This document shows, piece after piece, positions 60,382 to 64,000 of a DNA stretch of 64,000 nt. Each line of letters starts with the position of its first letter. The first letter of the stretch is position 1. The notes under the pieces were generated by a model. It saw only the letters and a list, made by a program, of their open reading frames with translations. It searched no databases and was not told the DNA's origin. The translations under genes were made by a program, and so were the position numbers. The DNA lies in the IMG/VR virus record IMGVR_UViG_3300046694_000296, positions 1 to 64,000 of that record; one strand, written 5' to 3'.

Positions 60382-60987
60382 ATGAAACTGAAGATAGTTG
60401 GACTCGATCCGTCTTTGACCCACACGGGCATCGCGATCATGGAATACGACACGATCACGGGCACGCTCGGCACGCCGGAGCTGCGCCTGATCGTGACCGA
60501 GGGGCAGGGCAAGAAGAAGGTGGTGCGCCAGAACTCGGATGACGTGCGTCGCGTGCGTGAAATCGTCAAGGGTGTGCATGACGCCTGCAATGGCGCGCTC
60601 TTCGCCGTCTCTGAGATGCCCACGGGCGCGCAGAGTTCGCGCGCTGCGTTCGCGTTCGGCATGGTGATCGGCGTGCTCGCCGGCTTGCCGGTGCCCATGA
60701 TTCAGGTCAGCCCGCTCGAAGTGAAGCTGGCAGCGGTCGGGCACAAACAGGCCGCGAAGGAAGAAATGATTGAGTGGGCACACCAGAAGTATCCGGCGGC
60801 GAACTGGCTGCGTCACGAGAAGAACGGTCGCGTCAAAACCAAGCTCGGCTTCAAGGAATGGAAGGCGGGCGATTTGGTGAACGACAACGAGCACCTGGCC
60901 GATGCCATCGCGGTCGCCGAAGCCGGGTTGCTCACCGACCAGTTCAAGCAGGCGGTGGCGATGCTGTCCTTCGCGAAGGCAGCTTAG
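60382..60987 (+). CDS. ruvC: RuvC-like Holliday junction resolvase
   Basis: 'IVGLDPSLTHTG', 'E', 'P.EVK....G...A.KEEM', 'ADAIAVA'. Confidence 0.88.
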   Translation: MKLKIVGLDPSLTHTGIAIMEYDTITGTLGTPELRLIVTEGQGKKKVVRQNSDDVRRVREIVKGVHDACNGALFAVSEMPTGAQSSRAAFAFGMVIGVLAGLPVPMIQVSPLEVKLAAVGHKQAAKEEMIEWAHQKYPAANWLRHEKNGRVKTKLGFKEWKAGDLVNDNEHLADAIAVAEAGLLTDQFKQAVAMLSFAKAA

Positions 60988-61119
60988 TCCCGGAAGCGGG
61001 CAGCCAACCTATACTGAAGAGGGAAGGGGTCGCGAGCAGCGGCTTATTTTTTGGCTTTGCTGTAGAGTAACCACTGACTTACAATCCATTCCCCCTCCGA
61101 ACGAACCCGAGAAACATAC

Positions 61120-63393
61120 ATGCAAGTTATCAAGCGCGACGGCTCAAGTGAGCCGCTGGACATTGCCAAGATTCAAAAGTGCGTCGAATGGGCCTGTGCG
61201 GGCCTGAACGTGTCGCAATCCGAGCTCGAAACGAGCGTCGGCGACATGCTGTTCGATGGCATGAGCACCCAAGACATTCACCGCGCGACCATTCTCGCCG
61301 CCGCGGGCCTGATTTCCCTCGCCGCGCCGGACTACACGTTCGTCGCCGCGCGCCTCCTGAAGCAACAGATTTTCAAGGAGTCGGTGGGCTCGATCGCCTA
61401 CCCGCATTTGTCCGACTACATCGGCGAGGCCGTGCTGAAGGAAAAGCTGACCCCGGAGATGACCGACGGCCGCTTCGACCTGGAGCTGCTCAACGACGCC
61501 ATCGTGCCGGATCGCGACTACCAGTTCGACTACCTGGGCCTGCAAACGCTTGCCGACCGCTACTTCATCCGTGAGACGCCCGACGGCCGCATCATGGAGA
61601 TGCCGCAGCACTTCTTCATGCGCGTCGCGATGGGCCTGGCGCTGCGCGAGGGCGACCCGACCGAGCGTGCCATCGAGTTCTACACGGTCCTCTCGCGCTT
61701 CGAGTTCATCAACTCGACGCCCACGCTGTTCAATTCGGCGACGCTGCACCAGCAAATGTCCTCGTGCTACGGGAACATGGTCGGCGACACGATCGTCTCG
61801 GACGCGGATGACCACCCCTACAACTCGATCTACGGCGCCATCACCGAGTGCGCGCTGCTCTCGAAGTATGCCGGCGGCATCGGGACCGACTGGACCCCGG
61901 TGCGCGGCAAGAACAGCTACATCAAGGGCACGAACGGCAAGTCCTCGGGCGTGGTCCCGTATCTGAAGGTCTACAACGACACCGCGGTCGCCGTGAATCA
62001 GGGCGGCAAGAGGAAGGGCAGCTTCGCGCCTTATCTCGAAACGTGGCACCCGGACCTTCCCGCCTTCCTGCAGCTGCGCAAGAACACCGGCGACGAGCAT
62101 GCCCGCGCGCACGACATTTTCCCGGCGAACTGGATTCCCGACCTGTTCATGGAGCGCGTCGAAGCGAAGGGCAAGTGGCACTTCTTCGATCCGCACAGCT
62201 ACCCGGAGCTGCATGAGCTCTACGGCGACGCCTTCAAGGCGCGCTACGAGGAGCTGGAAGCGGCCGGCGCATACGTGGGCGAGGTCGAGGCGCTCTCCCT
62301 GTGGAAGGACATGCTGACCGCCTTGTTCGAGACGGGCAATCCGTGGATGACGTTCAAGGACGAAATGAACCGTCGCAATCCGCAGAGCCACGACGGGGTG
62401 ATCCACAACTCCAACCTGTGCACCGAGATCGCGCTGAACAACTCGCCGACGGAAACGTTCGTCTGCAACTTGGGCAGCGTCAACGTGGTGCGCGTGAACC
62501 CGTTCGACCACCCGAAGCGCTTCCGCGAGGTCATCCAGACCGCGATGCGTATGCTCGATAACGTGATCGACATCAATTACTACCCGAGCGACCGCGCCAA
62601 AAAGTCGAACCTGCGTCACCGGCCGGTGGGTCTGGGCCTGATGGGCTTGACCGATCTGATGGCGCAAAAGGGCATCGATTGGGAGTCGCAGGCGTGCCTC
62701 ACGATCAACGACGAGTTGCTCGAAGCGCTGTCGTTCCATGCGATCAACGCCTCGGTGGACCTGGCGGTCGAGCGCGGCGCATACAGCACGTTCGTCGGTT
62801 CGAAGTGGCATCAGGGCATTCTTCCGATCGATACGGCGCGCGACCAGTCGCAATCCGGCGTGTTCGATTGGGAGGCAACCCGGGCACGCGTGAAGCGCCT
62901 CGGGATGCGCAACTGCAACACGATGGCGATCGCACCGACCGCGACGATCAGCAACATCATCGGCGTGACCCCGTGCATCGAGCCGAACTTCGAACTGTTT
63001 TTCTCCAAGAAGAATATGGGCGGCAAGTTCCTCGTGCTCGCACCGTCGCTGCGCTACGCGGCGCCCGGCTACACGGTCAAGACGTGCTTTGACATTGACC
63101 CGGACTGGATCGTGGACGCAGCAGCGCGCCGCCAGAAGTGGATCGACCAGGCACAGTCGACCAACATCTGGATCAAGGCGGGCACGAAGGGCAAGCGCCT
63201 GTCCGACATTTACATCGGTGCGTGGAAGAAGGGCCTGAAAACCACCTACTACCTGCGCAGCCAGTCGGCAGAGGACGCGGACAAGCAGCCCGAACCGACC
63301 TACTCGACGCAGCCGGTGGTCGACGTGATGGAGCAAGACGTCTCGGCGGGCCTGTGCTCGATCGAGAATCCGGACTGCCAGTCCTGCCAGTAA
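61120..63393 (+). CDS. nrdA: Class Ia ribonucleotide reductase alpha subunit
   Basis: ATP cone 'VIKRDG', 'TPTLFN', 'SSCY', 'NLCTEI', 'APTATIS', 'KTTYYLR', C-terminal CxxC. Confidence 0.96.
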   Translation: MQVIKRDGSSEPLDIAKIQKCVEWACAGLNVSQSELETSVGDMLFDGMSTQDIHRATILAAAGLISLAAPDYTFVAARLLKQQIFKESVGSIAYPHLSDYIGEAVLKEKLTPEMTDGRFDLELLNDAIVPDRDYQFDYLGLQTLADRYFIRETPDGRIMEMPQHFFMRVAMGLALREGDPTERAIEFYTVLSRFEFINSTPTLFNSATLHQQMSSCYGNMVGDTIVSDADDHPYNSIYGAITECALLSKYAGGIGTDWTPVRGKNSYIKGTNGKSSGVVPYLKVYNDTAVAVNQGGKRKGSFAPYLETWHPDLPAFLQLRKNTGDEHARAHDIFPANWIPDLFMERVEAKGKWHFFDPHSYPELHELYGDAFKARYEELEAAGAYVGEVEALSLWKDMLTALFETGNPWMTFKDEMNRRNPQSHDGVIHNSNLCTEIALNNSPTETFVCNLGSVNVVRVNPFDHPKRFREVIQTAMRMLDNVIDINYYPSDRAKKSNLRHRPVGLGLMGLTDLMAQKGIDWESQACLTINDELLEALSFHAINASVDLAVERGAYSTFVGSKWHQGILPIDTARDQSQSGVFDWEATRARVKRLGMRNCNTMAIAPTATISNIIGVTPCIEPNFELFFSKKNMGGKFLVLAPSLRYAAPGYTVKTCFDIDPDWIVDAAARRQKWIDQAQSTNIWIKAGTKGKRLSDIYIGAWKKGLKTTYYLRSQSAEDADKQPEPTYSTQPVVDVMEQDVSAGLCSIENPDCQSCQ

Positions 63394-63403
63394 CCTAAAA
63401 GGA

Positions 63404-63423
63404 AGGGCCGGGAAACCGGCCCT
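63404..63423 (+). terminator. GC hairpin after nrdA
   Basis: AGGGCCGG-GAAA-CCGGCCCT. Confidence 0.45.
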
Positions 63424-63431
63424 CGTTACCT

Positions 63432-63695
63432 ATGAGCAATGTCATCGACCTCGGCGCGCGCCGCGCCGCCAAGAAAGCACCCGAACCTATCGCCGAACCC
63501 GCAGCACCGTTGCCCGCGGCAATGGAGCAGGCGATCGAGCAGAACTTCGCGCAGATCGGATTTGCGCACTCGCTCGTCGGCCAGGCGCTTCAGTTCTACG
63601 CCAATCAGGGCTTCGATCATGGTCAGCGCGCACGGACTGCGCTCGCGGCGATGCACGGCGCTATCGAACTCGTTCACGGAGAGTCACAAGCATGA
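63432..63695 (+). CDS. Small hypothetical protein between nrdA and nrdB
   Basis: 'SNVIDL..RR' N-terminus; ATGA overlap with nrdB. Confidence 0.6.
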   Translation: MSNVIDLGARRAAKKAPEPIAEPAAPLPAAMEQAIEQNFAQIGFAHSLVGQALQFYANQGFDHGQRARTALAAMHGAIELVHGESQA

Positions 63696-64000
63696 AAACC
63701 GCAGTTCAGATCATCAACGAACGCCGGCTCGCCTTCGGCCCACGCAGCGAGCTTATGGCAATCTCGCCGGCCAAGCACAAGTGGGCGCGGGACGTCTGGA
63801 AACAGATGCTCGCAAACAATTGGGGGACGCACGAGACGGACCTGACGGAAGACGGCCCGTGCTTTCAGCGCCGGCTCACGGAAGGGGAGAAGTTCGCCTA
63901 CGAGAGCGCGCTCGCGTTCGCCTCGAACCTCGACGGGTTCCAGCTGCACTCGCTCGCCAACGTCGAGGCGTGCATTACCTCGCCCGAGGTGGAGATGTGC
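63692..64000 (+). CDS. nrdB: Ribonucleotide reductase beta subunit, 3'-truncated
   Basis: MKTAVQIINERR...'P.KHKWA...WKQM.ANNW...E.DL..D...LTE.EK......LAF...LD..Q..........ITSPEV'. Confidence 0.9.
   Translation, partial: MKTAVQIINERRLAFGPRSELMAISPAKHKWARDVWKQMLANNWGTHETDLTEDGPCFQRRLTEGEKFAYESALAFASNLDGFQLHSLANVEACITSPEVEMC

Noticed and set aside
46610-63393. Inteins or introns in dnaE, recA or nrdA
   Set aside because: Frames are continuous and of normal length; no C...HN splice motifs or homing-endonuclease inserts noticed

Overview
This window is a 64-kb internal segment of a GC-rich temperate siphovirus-type phage-plasmid, organised like the SSU5/pHCM2 group. The host is probably a Burkholderiales bacterium (inference). 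No host chromosomal genes, tRNAs, CRISPR arrays or integrase were recognised. Layout: 1-23.8 kb holds head, neck, tail tube, a frameshifted tail chaperone, tape measure, lambda-like tail tip and a long tail fibre. 23.9-25.8 kb is lysis (holin candidates, SLT endolysin, embedded spanins), followed by phoH. 27.5-34.9 kb is lytic replication (Hfq/Sm-like protein, DnaB, primase, WGR-like protein, ATP-dependent ligase). 34.9-41.1 kb is a mostly minus-strand plasmid-maintenance/accessory island (ParE-type TA, dif-like Xer site, Rep_3 initiator with iterons and DnaA boxes, type Ib ParA/ParG with a parS candidate, XRE regulator). 41.3-64 kb holds vWA/MoxR-AAA, a sigma-like factor, DnaE fused to a degenerate UDG domain, a T4-style recombination set (gp32-like, UvsY-like, RecA, SbcCD, RuvC, 5'-3' exonuclease) and nrdAB. 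The most notable unexplained signals are: (1) a 16-bp palindrome AAGTNAC-NN-GTNACTW found by eye about 22 times at lytic gene boundaries, often fused to a -10 box with no obvious -35; (2) a phage-encoded Hfq-like protein; (3) a long hairpin hiding the start of the first replication gene, with a -10 box in its loop; (4) two unrelated proteins ending in SPE[W/F]GSW; (5) the DnaE-UDG fusion. All calls come from motif reading, not database searches.
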